NCBI RefSeq assembly: GCF_006345805.1
Contig: NW_021827848.1
Location: forward strand, 1 to 9,884
Reading direction: 5' to 3'
From: Octopus sinensis
Taxonomy: Eukaryota
DNA length: 9,884 bases
Notes under the pieces: generated by a model
Database searches by the model: none
The model's input: the letters and a program-made list of their open reading frames with translations, nothing else
Told to the model about the DNA's origin: nothing
Program-made: the position numbers and the translations under genes
Part shown: one piece after another, positions 7,822 to 9,884 of the stretch
Numbering within the stretch: position 1 is the first letter of the stretch
How the letters are laid out: each line of letters begins with the position of its first letter

Positions 7822-8258
7822 CCTTTTCTACTCTAGACATTAGGCCCGAAATTTTGGGTGAGTGGGGCAGTCGATTAGATCGATATATATGTGTGAGTGT
7901 ACGTATACAAATGCACATGAACATTCATGCGCGCGCGCGCGAACACATTCGTAGAGACATACACGTATATATATATTTATGTAAACAAAAAGTATTTCAG
8001 ACTATACGCAAGAGTATGGGTATATATATGGTTAAATTGTATACTTATATAGCCAAATATGGATATATAATTTTCTTCTCTCATTTACTCTCTCATTTTA
8101 ACCCTTTTCCTTTATATATATATATATGCATACATACATATATATTTAAATACATATAGATGTATATATTTATAAGTATGTGTATATAAATATATGTATA
8201 TGCATATGTATACGCAACTGGTATTTAATTTATTGATCTCGAAAGGACCAAAAAGGCG
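7822..8258 (-). mobile_element. 5'-truncated chain-SINE (A/B tail type) split by a ~330-bp low-complexity insert; 18-bp TSD
   Basis: Tail ttttctactctag..aggcccgaaattttggg..cagtcgattagatcga (7822-7882) resumes as tacgcaactggtatttaatttattgatctcgaaagga (~8210-8247). Flanks gaacgtagg(t/c)atcaataa at 7804-7821 and 8259-8276. Confidence 0.8.
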
Positions 8259-8454
8259 GAACGTAGGCATCAATAATAGCTCATGAAACATTAGGTAAGG
8301 TGTCAATTGTCATTTATACAGCTTTCATTTGTATTTGAATAACTTCGTAAAATGTCTGCCTTTCAAATATCTCAGTCTTCAAAAATACAACCCAAATCGC
8401 GATCAAACACATGCAAGCACAAATATATAAATAAACCACATACCTATGCACACA

Positions 8455-8565
8455 TATGTGTGTGTGTATATATATACATATACATATATATATATGTAAT
8501 ATATATAATATATATATAGATATATATATATATATATATATAATATATATATATATATATTATAT
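8455..8565. repeat. (TG)/(TA)n microsatellite
   Basis: Directly visible. Confidence 0.95.
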
Positions 8566-8795
8566 TAAATTAGAGATGAAACCACTATTAGGCAAACAAA
8601 CAATGAAAAACTTAAGCAATACATAAAATTAATTAATTTATATTATTTTAAATATATATCAAAATTATTAAAAGTTTGATAAAAGATAATGAGTAAGACA
8701 CTACGATCGTTTCATGGTGTCCAATTCGTAATAATTCGAGTTATGGTTACAGTCAATCTTCAGGTGATTGAAATATTTATCTTAGCGTGGTTTAG

Positions 8796-8798
<3 letters not shown>
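8565..8798 (-). mobile_element. Probable Penelope-like element terminal-repeat fragment A
   Basis: Contains a minimal hammerhead motif and is bounded by (TA)n on both sides. The PLE assignment is inferred from the known PLE-hammerhead association; no PLE ORF is present. Confidence 0.5.
8699..8766 (-). ncRNA. Minimal type I hammerhead ribozyme motif HH1 (partly degenerate)
   Basis: Minus: CAC-CUGAAGA-[imperfect 43-nt stem II region]-GAAA-CGAUCG-UA|GUG. Stem I CAC/GUG, palindromic stem III ACGAUCGU (8703-8710), GUA cleavage triplet. Confidence 0.65.

Positions 8799-8835
<37 letters not shown>
8798..8835. repeat. (TA)n microsatellite separating the two PLE-like fragments
   Basis: Directly visible. 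Confidence 0.97.
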
Positions 8836-8838
<3 letters not shown>

Positions 8839-9042
8839 TTAATCAAACATGAAAGCACAAAAAACACGACAACGCGAGGACGTGGAACAAATATAGTATT
8901 ATTGGACGCTCAGGAAAGAAGGTAAGGAGGAGGGTTAAACGTTTCGAGCGGAGCTCTTCGTCGGAAACATCGGAGAAGGAAAGATCCAGAGAAGGGAAGA
9001 CAGAGGGAAAAAAAATCACCAACGGTACACACGCGGTCACAT
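8836..9042 (-). mobile_element. Probable Penelope-like element terminal-repeat fragment B
   Basis: Unrelated in sequence to fragment A; carries a second minimal hammerhead; bounded by (TA)n and (ATGT)n. Confidence 0.5.
8934..8968 (-). ncRNA. Minimal type I hammerhead-like motif HH2 with U4->C core variant
   Basis: Minus: GUUU-CCGACGA-A-GAGC(UCC)GCUC-GAAA-CG-UU|UAAC. Perfect 4-bp stem II, palindromic stem III AACGUU, stem I GUUU/UAAC with one mismatch. Confidence 0.6.
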
Positions 9043-9091
9043 GCATGCATGTATGTATGTATGTATGTATGTATGTATGTATGTATGTATG

Positions 9092-9125
<34 letters not shown>

Positions 9126-9185
9126 TGTATGTATGTATGTATGTATGTATGTATGTATGTATGCATGTCTGTATGTATGTATGTT
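9043..9185. repeat. (ATGT)n tetranucleotide microsatellite
   Basis: Directly visible; source of the HTYI/MYVC ORFs. Confidence 0.98.
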
Positions 9186-9269
9186 TAGTCTCCAGTATAT
9201 TTAGATGTTTAAACAAATATTCAGAAAACATTTGAAGAAGGCGATGTGTTAATGCGTTTGCATGTATGT

Positions 9270-9319
9270 AGATTATATATATGTTTGCGTGTGTGTATGT
9301 ACATAAGTATATATATATA

Positions 9320-9367
<48 letters not shown>

Positions 9368-9415
9368 TATATACGTGCATACATACATTCAAACACACAC
9401 ACACACACACGCACA
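9270..9415. repeat. (TA)n and (CA)n microsatellites
   Basis: Directly visible. Confidence 0.95.
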
Positions 9416-9494
9416 TTTTCATAAACACAAACAGATACAATTTTCAGATAATATTACAGACACGTAAGCTTAAAAATGAGTGACATAATTCTAC

Positions 9495-9562
9495 ATTTAT
9501 TATTATTATTATTATTGCTCTTGCTTTTATTGTTGATGTTGTGTTGTTGTTGCTTGTTGTCA

Positions 9563-9594
<32 letters not shown>
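9495..9594. repeat. (ATT)n then (GTT)n trinucleotide repeats
   Basis: Directly visible. Confidence 0.95.
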
Positions 9595-9824
9595 ACTTCA
9601 TGTCTAAAACAAAATGTCTCAAAGAACAAGAGGTTTGGGAATGAGAGATTATTGTTTGTTGAGACAAGAGACAAATATGAAAAGTCTAAAAATACTGTAC
9701 AGCACAATCCGCAGAAAAATTTCCGAAAGGCTTCGCGGCGGGAATTCTTTTGCTTTGGCTCTCATAATTATATAAACCAAAAAACACCTATACGTATATA
9801 TTTACCATATACATGTATAATTAG

Positions 9825-9840
9825 TTAACGTATATACATA

Positions 9841-9883
<43 letters not shown>

Positions 9884-9884
9884 A
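9825..9884. repeat. (TA)n/(TG)n microsatellite
   Basis: Directly visible. Confidence 0.95.

Noticed and set aside
9448-9463. Plus-strand 16-nt micro-exon ttttcag|...|gtaagc
   Set aside because: Short pyrimidine tract, frame-shifting length and opposite strand to the other candidate; not supportable without RNA data.
9695-9765. Minus-frame NSRREAFRKFFCGLCC resembling GPCR helix 8; overlapping E2F-like ttcgcggcgggaa
   Set aside because: No NPxxY or TM7 upstream, stops precede it and there is no good acceptor; the short motif is expected by chance.
194-9828. All supplied ORFs as genes
   Set aside because: Most are translations of microsatellites (YI, HT, VC, poly-I, HTYI) or off-frame/antisense readings of SINE and LINE sequence. 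The remainder are short and have no recognisable domain.

Overview
Eukaryotic, AT-rich, repeat-saturated non-coding DNA. It is most likely octopus (coleoid cephalopod), inferred from remembered SINE/LINE families and the microsatellite load, not from a database search. There is no intact gene: the supplied ORFs are microsatellite or repeat read-throughs. The window is a stack of mobile-element debris. (1) A tRNA-derived SINE family forms a 4-unit head-to-tail chain (666-1473, -), a TSD-flanked dimer (5108-5561, +) and a split copy (7822-8258, -). (2) There are CORE-type tRNA SINEs. (3) A CR1/L2-like LINE 3' end has an (ATT)n tail apparently invaded by an R4/Dong-like retrotransposon. (4) A hAT (Buster/Charlie-type) transposase remnant keeps its right TIR and carries a nested SINE. 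(5) Two adjacent Penelope-like fragments between (TA)n tracts each carry a minimal type I hammerhead ribozyme motif on the minus strand. Best leads are the tandem hammerheads, apparent self-targeting of the SINE into its own Pol III head, microsatellite-targeted nesting, a double hairpin with a TATA-box loop and one candidate 95-nt exon.
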